Program-made: the position numbers and the translations under genes
NCBI GenBank assembly: GCA_034422795.1
Contig: DAOUJK010000054.1
Coordinates: 10,347 to 74,346, forward strand
Source of the DNA: Dehalococcoidia bacterium
GTDB lineage: Bacteria > Chloroflexota > Dehalococcoidia > Lucifugimonadales > Australimonadaceae
DNA: 64,000 nucleotides
Direction: 5' to 3'
Notes under the pieces: generated by a model
Database searches by the model: none
What the model was told of the DNA's origin: nothing
What the model saw: the letters and a program-made list of their open reading frames with translations, nothing else
In this document: positions 45,445-55,528 of the stretch, piece after piece
How the letters are laid out: each line of letters starts with the position of its first letter
Position numbering within the stretch: position 1 is the stretch's first letter

Positions 45445-46974
45445 TCAGGCTACCCGCGCCAGATCCTCGACCAACTTGACCAAGGTGCGCGTGGGGACGC
45501 CGGTCGCGCCCTTGACGACGTGGCCGCTGGCGCGCTCCGACATGAACGTCCCGGCTATGTCCAGGTGCGCCCATTCCACGTCTTCCGTGAACTCGCCGAT
45601 GAAGAGGGCCGCGGTGATGCTGCCCGCCGGACGTCCTCCCGTGTTCTTCACGTCCGCATAGTCGGAGCGGTTCTGCCGCTTGTACTCCTCGAACAGCGGG
45701 AGCTGCCACATCTTCTCGCCAGTGGCCTTCGACGCGGCGAGCACTGAATCAACCAGTCCCTGGGACGTGCCCATGACGCCGCTCGCGACGTGGCCGAGCG
45801 CGACGACGACCGCGCCGGTCAGCGTTGCGATGTCCACAACGCGCCGCGCTTGCTTCACCTCCTTGATGTAGCAGATGGCGTCCGCGAGGATGAGCCGCCC
45901 TTCCGCGTCCGTGTTGTCGACCTCGATCGTCTTGCCGTTCATGGCGCGGATGATGTCGCCGGGGCGCTGGGCAGTCCCGGACGGCATGTTCTCGACGGCG
46001 GGGACGACGCCGAAGACGTTGATCTTCGGCTTGAGCGCCGCGATGCCCTTCATCGCGCCGATGACGGACGCGCCGCCGCTCATGTCGCCCTTCATCTCCC
46101 ACATGCTGGCGGCGGGCTTGATGGAGATGCCGCCGGAATCGAACGTGATGCCCTTGCCGACGATGGCGACGTTGTTCTCCGGATGCTCCGGGTCGCCCGC
46201 GTACTCCATGATGATGAGGCGCGGCTCGTTGGCGCTGCCCTGCGTGACGGCGAGCATCGCGCCCATGCCGCGCTCCATCATGTCCTCCCGTCCAAGCACG
46301 GTGATGGGCAGCCCGGCGTCGTTGGCGACCTCGGTCGCGACCTCGGCCATGCGCGCGGGGTTGACGACGTTCGCGGGTTCGTTCACGAGGTCGCGCGCTA
46401 TGGCAGCGCATTCGGCGAGGAGCGTTCCCTTCGCGGCGCCCGCAGCGAGCGTTTGAATGCGGCCCGCGTCCTGCTCCACGATGATGAGTTCGTCGAGCGA
46501 CTTGCCGTCGTCCCCGTCGCTGCCGTTGGACTTCGAGCGGTAGCGCTTGAACTCGTAGAGGCCGAGGAGGGTGCCCTCCGCCATCGCCTGGGCCGACTCG
46601 CCCGCGTCCAAGCCACCGATGCCCGCGCCGTGGGCGATGGCCGCGGCGCGCTTCGCACCCAACTGTCGCAGCCGCCGCGCCACGCCGCCGGAGACCGCTC
46701 GCACGACGTCGGTGTTGAACTTCTCCCGCTTGCCAAGCCCGGCCACGACGACGCGTTTGGCGGGGAGTTTACCGAACGTATGGATGGTGACGGTCTCGCC
46801 CTCTCTGCCGACGATCTCTTTGTCCGCGATGAGCGCGGAGATAGCGCCGTCGAGAGCCTGGTCCACAGCCCCGGTGCCGCCGCCGGGCGACGTCACTCCC
46901 TGGAACAGGTTGACGACGATGGCGTCCGCTTCGTATCGCGTGATCGAGCCTTCCTCAACTCGCACAGTGGTCAT
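45445..46974 (-). CDS. pepA: Leucyl aminopeptidase (M17)
   Basis: GKGITFDSGG, MKGDMSG, NTDAEGRL, ATLTGA, WAHLDIAG. Confidence 0.95.
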   Translation of the reverse strand: MTTVRVEEGSITRYEADAIVVNLFQGVTSPGGGTGAVDQALDGAISALIADKEIVGREGETVTIHTFGKLPAKRVVVAGLGKREKFNTDVVRAVSGGVARRLRQLGAKRAAAIAHGAGIGGLDAGESAQAMAEGTLLGLYEFKRYRSKSNGSDGDDGKSLDELIIVEQDAGRIQTLAAGAAKGTLLAECAAIARDLVNEPANVVNPARMAEVATEVANDAGLPITVLGREDMMERGMGAMLAVTQGSANEPRLIIMEYAGDPEHPENNVAIVGKGITFDSGGISIKPAASMWEMKGDMSGGASVIGAMKGIAALKPKINVFGVVPAVENMPSGTAQRPGDIIRAMNGKTIEVDNTDAEGRLILADAICYIKEVKQARRVVDIATLTGAVVVALGHVASGVMGTSQGLVDSVLAASKATGEKMWQLPLFEEYKRQNRSDYADVKNTGGRPAGSITAALFIGEFTEDVEWAHLDIAGTFMSERASGHVVKGATGVPTRTLVKLVEDLARVA

Positions 46975-47129
46975 ATCGCGCTGCCTCGCTTCTCGGGGGT
47001 CGCGTTAGCGTACCACAGCGAGGGCGCCCCACTCCCCTTCCGTCGCGCCGGTCCTGAGCGGCAGCACCCTGCTCAACAATGACGCGCCTCCTCCCATCAA
47101 CCCCACCGCGCGTGCTGCCCGCACGCCCT

Positions 47130-47156
47130 GGATCCCCGCCGGTGCGGGAATGACGG
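47130..47156. repeat. CGTC-tagged REP-like palindrome
   Basis: GGATCCCCGCCGGTGCGGGAATGACGG; near-identical copy at 48267-48293. Confidence 0.8.
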
Positions 47157-47214
47157 ATGCTCATTCTCACAAAGGAATGCGTTGTGAGCAGGCGCGACGA
47201 TAGGACGTCGGGGT

Positions 47215-48069
47215 TCAGTCCAGGGTGTGGAAGGCGCAGCCGACGAGCCCCGGGCCGGTGTGCGCACCGATGGCGGGAGTGAACTCCGTGATGAAGAGCT
47301 CTTCGATGCGCAGCCGCGCCTGGAGTTGCTCCGCAAGCATCTCGGCCTTCTCCGGCTCAGCGGCGTGCATAACGGCGGCGCGGGTGAGGCGCCCGCCGGT
47401 CCGCTCGTGGGCGATAGCAGTGAGGCGGGCCAGCGCCTTCGCCTCGGTGCGGGGCCGCTCCACCATGCCGATGCGCCCGGCGGAGAGCTGGAGGATGGGT
47501 TTCATCTTGAGGGCGCTCCCCATCCACATGAACAGCCGCGGAACGCGGCCGCCGCGCCAGAGGTAGTAGAGCGTATCGAGGTAGCCGATGAAGTGGGTAT
47601 CGCCGATGAGCTGCTTCATGCGGGCGACCACGTCGCCTGTCGACGCACCGGAGGCGGCGAGCCGCGCGGCGTCCAGCGCGATGAGACCCTGCGCCGCGCC
47701 CGCGCTCCGGGAGTCCAGCAGAGAGACGCGCAAGTTCGGAAGCTGCGTTTCGGTGAGCCTGACCGCTTCCGCCGCCGCGCTGTGCGCCGCGCTCAACTCG
47801 GCGGAGAGCGTCAGGCATACGACCTCGTCCGCCGTCTCGCTCGCGCGACGGATGGCGTCCAGGAACGCACCAGGCGATGGCGCTGCGGTGGTGGGCAGTT
47901 CGCCGCTCGACTTCAGGAGCGCGTAGAAGTCCGCGGGAGCGATGTCCACACCGTCGGCGTAGACGCGTCCACCGATGCGCACCTCAAGCGGTGCGAAGAA
48001 GAGCGGGAGCCCGCGAGTGACGTCCGCAGGCAGTGATACGTTGGAATCCGAGACGACGGCTGTGGACAT
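47215..48069 (-). CDS. DegV-family fatty acid-binding protein
   Basis: VVSDS, PTTAAPSP, LSAELSA, DSRS, GGR, KPIL, IGAHTGPG. Confidence 0.92.
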   Translation of the reverse strand: MSTAVVSDSNVSLPADVTRGLPLFFAPLEVRIGGRVYADGVDIAPADFYALLKSSGELPTTAAPSPGAFLDAIRRASETADEVVCLTLSAELSAAHSAAAEAVRLTETQLPNLRVSLLDSRSAGAAQGLIALDAARLAASGASTGDVVARMKQLIGDTHFIGYLDTLYYLWRGGRVPRLFMWMGSALKMKPILQLSAGRIGMVERPRTEAKALARLTAIAHERTGGRLTRAAVMHAAEPEKAEMLAEQLQARLRIEELFITEFTPAIGAHTGPGLVGCAFHTLD

Positions 48070-48266
48070 GAGCGTCCGGCATTATAGGACGCGGCGCGTT
48101 CCGTGTTCGGCACCGCACTCCAACCCGGGATGCGAACCCCTGCCTTCGCAGGAATGCCCCGGGGGCCTTGTCAGGCCGCGCAAGCGAATGAAAACGAGAG
48201 GCGCCCTCACCCCAGCCCCGCCACCGCGTGCCGCTGCCCTGCGCACGTGCGACCGAGGGTCGCCTG

Positions 48267-48293
48267 GGATTCCCGCCGGTGCGGGAATGACGG
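48267..48293. repeat. CGTC-tagged REP-like palindrome
   Basis: GGATTCCCGCCGGTGCGGGAATGACGG. Confidence 0.8.
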
Positions 48294-48359
48294 AAGTGTG
48301 CCGGCGTAACGCTATCTTCACAAGAACGACGAGAAGGTGAGCGGTGCGTGAGTTTTGCT

Positions 48360-48620
48360 TCAGCCGAAGCTGCGGATCATCGAACGAAGGACGACGAGCG
48401 CGATGATGGCTGCCAGCGGCGTAAGGTCCAGCATCCCTGCCGTAGGGATGACTCGCCGCAGGGGGCGGTAGAGCGGGTCGAGCGCCATACCGATGACTAC
48501 GTAGAGGCGCATGACTGCGTCGTTCCTGATGCCCATGATGATGAGCCAGGAGAGGAGCGCGTGAGCGAGTATCGTCAGCAGGAGGAGCGTAATGATGCTC
48601 TCTGCGAGGGATGCAATCAA
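48360..48620 (-). CDS. yggT: YggT-family membrane protein
   Basis: ALLSW, DPLYRPLRRVIP..GMLDLTP. Confidence 0.9.
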   Translation of the reverse strand: MIASLAESIITLLLLTILAHALLSWLIIMGIRNDAVMRLYVVIGMALDPLYRPLRRVIPTAGMLDLTPLAAIIALVVLRSMIRSFG

Positions 48621-49423
48621 CGCTTGCCCCCCAACTCCTGCGACCGGCGGAACGCGGCAGACACCCCCTCGATGAGGGCGCTCTTGAAGCCCTTGCGCTC
48701 CATCTCGCGCAGCGCAGCCGCTGTCGTGCCGCCGGGGGACGTGACCCGCTCCCGCAGGATGGCGGGCGATTCGCCGGACTCGCTGGCGAGCCGGGCCGAG
48801 CCGAGGGTTGTCTCAACCGCAAGGGTCTGCGCCATGTCGCGCGGCATGCCGACGAATACGCCTGCCTCGGTAAGCGCCTCGATGAACGCAAAGACGTAGG
48901 CGGGACCGCTGCCGGAAACGGCGGTCGCCATGTCGAGGTAGTCCTCACTGTCGACGCGCCACTGGCGCCCGAGCGTGCCGAGGAGCGCTGCGGCGGCTTC
49001 CCGCGCGGCGTCCGGCACCGTGGGCGTCGCCGTCCAGACGGAGACGCCCACGCCGATCTGGGCGGGGGTGTTAGGCATCACGCGGATGACGCGCTCGTGT
49101 CCCAGCCCTTCGGCGAGCGACCGTATCGTCACTCCGGCGGCGATGGAGAGGACAGTCTGCTCGGCGTCGAGCGCGCCGTGCAGGTCGTGGTAGACGTGAC
49201 CGATGTGCTGCGGCTTGACTGCGATGACAACGACCTCCGCGCCTTTGACCGCGGGCACGTTGTCTGCATGAACGGCGACGCCGTAGCGCTCCGCGAGGTC
49301 GTTCCGCCGGGCAGGGACTGGCTCGCCGACGCTGACGTTGCCCGCCACACACAGCCCGGAAGCGATCGCCCTGCTGAGCATCGCCTCTGCCATGATGCCG
49401 CCGCCTGCGAACCCGACGCGCAT
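48617..49423 (-). CDS. proC: Pyrroline-5-carboxylate reductase
   Basis: GGGIMAEA, AVKPQ, IRVMPNTP, TAVSGSGPAY, VTSPGGTT. Confidence 0.95.
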   Translation of the reverse strand: MRVGFAGGGIMAEAMLSRAIASGLCVAGNVSVGEPVPARRNDLAERYGVAVHADNVPAVKGAEVVVIAVKPQHIGHVYHDLHGALDAEQTVLSIAAGVTIRSLAEGLGHERVIRVMPNTPAQIGVGVSVWTATPTVPDAAREAAAALLGTLGRQWRVDSEDYLDMATAVSGSGPAYVFAFIEALTEAGVFVGMPRDMAQTLAVETTLGSARLASESGESPAILRERVTSPGGTTAAALREMERKGFKSALIEGVSAAFRRSQELGGKR

Positions 49424-49519
49424 GCGCTCCTCTCCCGTACAACGAAGCGCCAGCGATGTCCGTGCCGGCGCGTGTGGAAAGTATAGCATCAGAGGGAGAA
49501 CGAGAAGGGGAGCACTGCT

Positions 49520-49655
49520 CCACCCAGCCCCCGCAGGGCCCTCACCGCGCGCTGAAGCGGGTTGCCCTCGCCCTCAGCTGAGGGCACGAACCCGAGAGGA
49601 TGTTGCGCGCTAAAATCGCGGACTTTGCCTCCGGCTTCGCTCAACATGACAACCT
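49520..49655. repeat. REP-like palindrome cluster
   Basis: GGGCCCTCACCGCGCGCTGAAGCGG.. and ..CTCCGGCTTCGCTCAACATGACA units like those at 26150 and 32250. Confidence 0.7.
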
Positions 49656-49687
49656 ACACACTGACCCACCGGTGTACCGGACGCGCT

Positions 49688-50710
49688 TCAACTCTCGTTG
49701 CGAGGGGAGGGGAGGCGGCCGGTGCGTGAAACCTCCGCCGCGTAGCGGATGGCCTCGATCATGCCCCGTGGGTCGGCGACACCCTTGCCGGCGATGTCGA
49801 ACGCAGTCCCGTGGTCGACGGAGGTCCGCAGGAACGGCAGGCCGATATTGAGCGTGATGCTCGCCGCCCAGTCGTGCACCTTGACTGCGATGTGGCCCTG
49901 GTCGTGGTACATGGCGAGCACGGCGTCGTAGCGGCCCTCGATGGCGTGTCCGAAGATGGAATCTGCGGGAACGGGGCCGATGGCGGCGATACCTTCCGCA
50001 TTCGCGTCCTCGACGGCGGGCCGTATCTCTTCAATCTCCTCCGTTCCGATGAGCCCGGCCTCACCCCCATGCGGATTGAGGGCGGCGACGCCGATGCGTG
50101 GTGCGGGAATGCCGTGCGAGGTGAAGAAGCCGTGCGTGAGGCGCAGGGCCTCGAGCACTCGCTCGCGGGTGACGTGGAGGGCGGCTTCGCGGAGCGGGTA
50201 GTGCGTGGTGAGATGCACCACGTTGAGGCCGTTCGTGAGGAGCATAGTGAGGACGCGGGGGACGCCGGCGAGGTGCTGGTATATCTCCTGGTGGCCGAAG
50301 TCCTCGTGGCCGGCAAGGCGGGCGGCCTCCTTGCTGATGGGAGCTGTGGCGATAGCGTCAACCACGCCCTCCATCGCGAGGCGGGCCGCAGCCGCAGCCC
50401 ACTCGACAGCTGCAGCCCCTGCGCGCGGCGAGGTCTCACCATGGGGCAGGGCGGCGAGACTGTCGTCGTCGAGCGGGGAGATGACGTTCACGAGTCCCGG
50501 CGCGCGAGCGTCGCCGACGCCGTCGACGCTCCGGGCGCGGAGGTCGCTGCCGATGAGGTCGAACTCCCGGTCAAGTACAGCGGGGGAGCCGACGACGAAC
50601 AGTGCGGCATCCTCTTCCATACCAGGTTGGGCGAGCGCCCTGGCAACGACCTCCGGCCCAATACCGGTGGGGTCGCCGAGAGTTATGGCGATGCGCGGGC
50701 GTGCGTCCAT
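49688..50710 (-). CDS. pdxA: 4-hydroxythreonine-4-phosphate dehydrogenase PdxA family
   Basis: TLGDPTGIGPE, TAPISK, ALNPHGGE, AMYHDQG, RTSVDHGTAFDIAG. Confidence 0.93.
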   Translation of the reverse strand: MDARPRIAITLGDPTGIGPEVVARALAQPGMEEDAALFVVGSPAVLDREFDLIGSDLRARSVDGVGDARAPGLVNVISPLDDDSLAALPHGETSPRAGAAAVEWAAAAARLAMEGVVDAIATAPISKEAARLAGHEDFGHQEIYQHLAGVPRVLTMLLTNGLNVVHLTTHYPLREAALHVTRERVLEALRLTHGFFTSHGIPAPRIGVAALNPHGGEAGLIGTEEIEEIRPAVEDANAEGIAAIGPVPADSIFGHAIEGRYDAVLAMYHDQGHIAVKVHDWAASITLNIGLPFLRTSVDHGTAFDIAGKGVADPRGMIEAIRYAAEVSRTGRLPSPRNES

Positions 50711-50940
50711 ACGGTGTGTCCGTCTGCAGGAAGTTGGCACCGATTATAGCGGGTTAAACAGGGCGGGCCCCGTGGGAACATACCCAACGGGGCCCGATGG
50801 CCCACTCCCGTGGCGCGTCGAGAGGGGCCTGCGGAGGAGGGAGACGTGGAAGAGCGCAGGGGAGAGCGCACTTCCGGTCGCTTCGGCCCGAAGGCCGGAG
50901 CACGTAAGCGTCGATATGTCGTCCAAGGGGGAGGAGTGGA

Positions 50941-51525
50941 TCAGCCGCGCGCGGGACTGCCGTCGAGCGGTCTCGTCATACTCGGCCTGCGGCCCCGTCG
51001 TCCGGTGCGCTTGACGGGCAACGCGAACTCGTTGGGGATGAGGGTGAGCTGGCTTACGCCAGTGTCGGAGGACGCGGCACCGGTGGACTGGAACTCGCGA
51101 ATCTCTTCGATGAACCCGTCCAGCGTGTCGTAGTCTCGGTAGACGCTGGCGTAGCGGACATAGGCAACAGGGTCGAGCTGGCGTAGGCGTTCCAGCGTCA
51201 GGTCGCCGATGACGGAAGCCGGGACTTCGGCCTTGCCGAGGTCCTGGAGGTCGTTCTCAATCTCGCCGACGAGTTTCTCCAGGGTGCCGCTGGGAAGAGG
51301 ACGCTTGGTACATGCGAGACGGATGCTGCGGAGGAGCTTCTGCTTATCGAACTCGTCGCGCCGACCGTCGCGCTTGATGACCTGCAGAGCGGCGTGTTGG
51401 ATGCGCTCGTAGGTGGTAAAGCGTACGCCGCACCTGACGCACTCCCTGCGCCGACGGATGTCCTGGCCGGTGTCCCGGGAGTCGGTTACCCGGGTGTTGG
51501 GGTCTCCGCAGTTCGGACAGTGCAT
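50941..51525 (-). CDS. nrdR: Transcriptional repressor NrdR
   Basis: MHCPNC..DSR..RRRRECVRCGVRFTTYE, ATP-cone, VAYVRYASVY. Confidence 0.97.
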   Translation of the reverse strand: MHCPNCGDPNTRVTDSRDTGQDIRRRRECVRCGVRFTTYERIQHAALQVIKRDGRRDEFDKQKLLRSIRLACTKRPLPSGTLEKLVGEIENDLQDLGKAEVPASVIGDLTLERLRQLDPVAYVRYASVYRDYDTLDGFIEEIREFQSTGAASSDTGVSQLTLIPNEFALPVKRTGRRGRRPSMTRPLDGSPARG

Positions 51526-51901
51526 CGTGACCCTCGCGGCTGGAATCGTGCGGTGTCCCTATGGAGGGGGCACCGTCCATGCCTTGGACAACAATATAGA
51601 GGATTTTAAGGTGCGCGGGCTACCAGATAAAGCCCTTTTGACTGACAAGGGCTATTCTTTTGCAGCGCGCGCAGAAAGTCAATAGGCAATTTTCGAGATT
51701 CTACCAATAGCCGGAGGAAGCAGCCGCGGCATTGGCATATATTGCGTTAATGGGGCACTCGAGCAGGACATGCGAGGCCCCCCGGGAAGGTCCTCCCGGG
51801 GGGCTTAATCGCAAAACCTGCGGAGCGGGCCTGGGGAAACCTGCTCCGCGCTCCGCCGCTGTGGGGGACAAGCGGCGGAGTTCGGTTGTCTGGATGGTCT
51901 T

Positions 51902-52990
51902 CTATTCCGCCCGCCGGTTGGTGGGGCGGAGGAACGGCGGGAGGTCGAAGTCGGCCTCGTCGCTGATGGCGCGGCGGAGGAATTCGGCGATGCCGTCGTC
52001 GTTGAGGCTCATCTGCTCAATGCTGGGGAGGCCGGTAGCGATGATGGTGACGCACATCTCGTCCTCCATCTTGGGGTCCGTCACCATGCCGAAGATGATG
52101 TTGGCGTCCGGGTCGACGGAGTTGGCGATGACGTCGGCGGCGCGCTGCACTTCCTTGAGGGTCATGTTGGCGCCGCCTGTGATATTGAGGAGAACGCCCC
52201 GCGCGCCTTCGATGTTGACATCCAGCATGGGGCTGTGGATGGCGCTCTTCGCGGCCTCTATGGCACGGTTCTCGCCGTGCGCGGCGCCTATGGACATCCA
52301 GGCCGGGCCCGCGCCGGTCATGATGGTCTTAACGTCGGCGAAGTCCAGGTTGATCTCACCGGGGATCGTCACCAGCTCCGCGATGGACTTCACGCCGAGA
52401 CGGAGCACGTCGTCAGCCAGTTTGAAGGCATCCTCGGCAGAGAGGTCGTCGTCGCACATTGCGCCGAGGCGGTCGTTCGGGACGACGATGAGGGTATCCA
52501 CAGCCTCGCGCAGGCGGGTCAGGCCGTCGTCCGCATTCTTGCTGCGCTTGCGGCCTTCGAACCGGAAAGGCTTGGTTACGACGGCGATGGTAAGCGCGCC
52601 AGTCTCACGGGCAACCTCTGCGACGACCGGGGCTGCGCCGGTCCCGGTGCCGCCGCCCATGCCGCTGGCGATGAACAACATGTCGGCGCCACGGACCGAT
52701 TCGTAGATCTCTTCGCGGGACTCTTCGGCTGCGGTGCGCCCGATCTCAGGGTCGCCGCCGACGCCGAGACCGCGCGTGATCGTGTCGCCGATGCGTATCT
52801 TGACCGGCACATCGAGACGCACGAGGTGCTGGGCGTCCGTGTTCACGGCCAGGTACTCAACGTGCGGGACGCGCTCGCGGTACATGCGGTTGACGGCATT
52901 GCAGCCACCGCCACCTACGCCGATGACCTTTACGCGTGCGATACCGTCGATGTCCGCCTTGTGCTCATTGCCGAAAAGTTCCATGGTCAT
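51902..52990 (-). CDS. ftsZ: Cell division protein FtsZ
   Basis: GVGGGGCNA, GMGGGTGTG, NLDFAD, C-terminal DLPPFLR. Confidence 0.98.
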   Translation of the reverse strand: MTMELFGNEHKADIDGIARVKVIGVGGGGCNAVNRMYRERVPHVEYLAVNTDAQHLVRLDVPVKIRIGDTITRGLGVGGDPEIGRTAAEESREEIYESVRGADMLFIASGMGGGTGTGAAPVVAEVARETGALTIAVVTKPFRFEGRKRSKNADDGLTRLREAVDTLIVVPNDRLGAMCDDDLSAEDAFKLADDVLRLGVKSIAELVTIPGEINLDFADVKTIMTGAGPAWMSIGAAHGENRAIEAAKSAIHSPMLDVNIEGARGVLLNITGGANMTLKEVQRAADVIANSVDPDANIIFGMVTDPKMEDEMCVTIIATGLPSIEQMSLNDDGIAEFLRRAISDEADFDLPPFLRPTNRRAE

Positions 52991-53108
52991 AACCGTTACC
53001 CCTTTGCCTGGTCCTGTGTTGGACTGATGGTGTTGTCCTCTGCTGAGACGCCCTCTTCCGCTCTGTTGCCCTGCTATTCCCGCTGTGGGAACGCCCTGTG
53101 TTGTCGGC

Positions 53109-54311
53109 TCATACACCCGCTCCCGTTGGTTCCCTTGACTTGAAGCGGGACAGCCAGCCGCGGGACCGCCCTCCAGGTGGAGCGGTGGGCCCGAGTGGTG
53201 CGAGTGCGTCCACGTGCCGCTGCCGCATGGCCCACAGCACCAGTCCAACGGCCGTGGAGTAGGCGGGGTCCATCAACTCATCCGGCAACCCAAGCGTGGG
53301 TGAGGGAGTTCCGATGCGCACCGGGCGTTTCCCATAATCCGCGACGATGTCCACGAGCCCGGGCAGCACGGATGCACCCCCGGTCAGCACGATCCCGCCG
53401 GATGGGATATGCGTGAGTCCGTTGGAGGCAAGGCGGTGCATCATGAGCCGTACGAGCTCCACGGCCCGGTCATGCAAAAGCCGGTTGAGCTTCTTGACGT
53501 GGACGGAAGTGACATTACTGCCCAGCCCCGGCTTCACCTCAGCGGTGTCGCGTTCGGTGAGATGCTCGAACCAGACGGACCCCTTCGAGATCTTGGCGCG
53601 CTCGGCGGCGATAGGCAGCAGGCCGAGCCCGGTTGCAATGTCGGTTGTGAAGTGTTGCCCCGCGATCGGGATGCTGCACGTGTACCATGCAGACCCCTCA
53701 CGGTAAACGACAACGTCCGTTGAGCCCCCGCCGATGTCCACGAGGACAACGCCGAGGACCCGCTCGTCCGGATTGAGGACAGCTTCGCCGCTGGCGAGGT
53801 GCTCAGCGACGAGTCCGCGGAGGGTTACGCCGGCTGCGGAGATAGTGGCGAGCAGGGTGTCCACCGGCACTGAGTCGCCCATGATGACGTGCGATTCCTC
53901 GAACGATCGGGGAACGGTCTGAATGATCCGCATGCCGATGGGGTTGTGAGCGATGGACTGCATCAGGCCGTCGACGTTGGACTGAGTGAAGTAACCCTCG
54001 CCATTGACGATGCCGTGTTCCGTCTCATCGCGGCGAACGTTGTGCGACTGAAGGTGGCTGCCGGTGACGCCTGCGATGGCAGGGGGGAGTTTGCGTCCAA
54101 GCGTCTTCTCCGCCTCACTCACGGAAAGCCGGATGCACTCCTTCATCGCATCCGGGGTAACGACCATTCCCTTGCGCATGCCGGCCGAAGCCGCGTGGCC
54201 CCTGGCAACGATCTCCACTCCACCTTCCATGCCGACCCTTGCGACGAGTGTGACAACCTTCGTCGTTCCGACATCGATGGCGGTATAGAGCTGTTCACGC
54301 GAGTTTGTCAT
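53109..54311 (-). CDS. ftsA: Cell division protein FtsA (apparent deletion in domain 1C)
   Basis: AIDVGTTK, VDIGGGSTD, AERAK, VLTGGAS; located between rsmH and ftsZ. Confidence 0.92.
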   Translation of the reverse strand: MTNSREQLYTAIDVGTTKVVTLVARVGMEGGVEIVARGHAASAGMRKGMVVTPDAMKECIRLSVSEAEKTLGRKLPPAIAGVTGSHLQSHNVRRDETEHGIVNGEGYFTQSNVDGLMQSIAHNPIGMRIIQTVPRSFEESHVIMGDSVPVDTLLATISAAGVTLRGLVAEHLASGEAVLNPDERVLGVVLVDIGGGSTDVVVYREGSAWYTCSIPIAGQHFTTDIATGLGLLPIAAERAKISKGSVWFEHLTERDTAEVKPGLGSNVTSVHVKKLNRLLHDRAVELVRLMMHRLASNGLTHIPSGGIVLTGGASVLPGLVDIVADYGKRPVRIGTPSPTLGLPDELMDPAYSTAVGLVLWAMRQRHVDALAPLGPTAPPGGRSRGWLSRFKSREPTGAGV

Positions 54312-54327
54312 CTGACCCCTTCTGACC

Positions 54328-55200
54328 TCATACGTGTTCGGCAACGCGCATCCGCGCACTACGGCTGCGCCTGTTGCGGGCGACCTCATCGGCCCCCGGC
54401 CTGAGAACGTGTTTCGTCAGGGGGCGGACCACACCGCTGCTGACGAATCGCTTTACCTCGCGATCTTCGAGAGAGTGGTAGGCGATGGTTACGAGGCGCC
54501 CCCCAACGTTCAGGACGGAGGCGGACTGGCTGAGGCCGAGCCGGAGGTTGCCGACTTCGTCGTTCGTGGCCATGCGGAGCGCCTGGAATGTTCGGGTGGC
54601 CGGATGAGTCCGGCCCTTGCGGTAACCGGACGCATGCGCAACGACCTCCGCAAGCTCAACGGCATCAGTCAACGGTCGGGCTGCGACGATGGCGCGTGCG
54701 ATACGTCGTGAGCGCGGCTCCTCGCCGAGCGTGTAGATCAGGTCTGCGAGTTCCTGCTCCGGCAGGCCGTTAACGAGGTCTGCGGCGGAGGGTCCTTCCG
54801 GCGTGAACCGCATGTCCAACGGAGCGGAACGGCGGAAACTGAACCCGCGCTCCTCGGAGTCGAGCTGGCGAGATGAGAGTCCCAGGTCGAACAGGACGCC
54901 GTCGGCGGGTACGAACCCGTGAGTGCGGGCCTGGGAGGCGACCGTGCCGAAGTTGGCATTGACGACAACGGCGCGGTCACCGAAGGGGCGCAGCCGCTCA
55001 GTTGCGGGGAGGACGGCCTCCGGGTCTGCGTCGAGGCCGAGAACACGTCCATCCGGAGCGGACGCTTCCAGGATGGCGGTGGCATGTCCCGCGTCGCCGA
55101 GGGTACAGTCAACGTAGGCACCGCCCGGGCGAACGGCGAGCCCAGTGATGACCTCGGCGGTCATGACTGGTTCGTGGTATATGTGGCTGTTGTCGGGCAT
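54328..55200 (-). CDS. rsmH: 16S rRNA m4C1402 methyltransferase RsmH
   Basis: HEPVM, DCTLGDAGH, FDLGLSS.Q, GFSF, LDMR, TRTFQALR, YHSLEDR, RSRSARMR. Confidence 0.97.
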   Translation of the reverse strand: MPDNSHIYHEPVMTAEVITGLAVRPGGAYVDCTLGDAGHATAILEASAPDGRVLGLDADPEAVLPATERLRPFGDRAVVVNANFGTVASQARTHGFVPADGVLFDLGLSSRQLDSEERGFSFRRSAPLDMRFTPEGPSAADLVNGLPEQELADLIYTLGEEPRSRRIARAIVAARPLTDAVELAEVVAHASGYRKGRTHPATRTFQALRMATNDEVGNLRLGLSQSASVLNVGGRLVTIAYHSLEDREVKRFVSSGVVRPLTKHVLRPGADEVARNRRSRSARMRVAEHV

Positions 55201-55528
55201 CAGGCTGCTTCTGCTCCGGTGGCAACGTGCAGGAAAACGTTAGACGTTGTCTAAGACTGAATCAATGCGTTTGCATAGCATTCAATCGGGTTTATGCGGC
55301 TCGAGCCAGGGCATCCATAAGGCGATTACCATGCGAACCGGGGAGCAGTTGCGCTATGGACACAGGCTGTGACGAACGCGGCCACAACATGTTGTAGGTA
55401 AGTCTCAGACTTCTCTTAGAAACGCCGCCAGGTTCTTCTACGGCAACAGAGCAGTTGCTATAATGCACTCCGCCCTGCGCCCGGGCATCTGCTGCCGCAG
55501 GGCTACTCCATGCTGTCGAGAATGCCGT

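Noticed and set aside
51586-51602. Possible NrdR box (ACAACAATATAGAGG) upstream of nrdR
   Set aside because: Single site with a mismatch at a conserved position; NrdR boxes usually occur in pairs.
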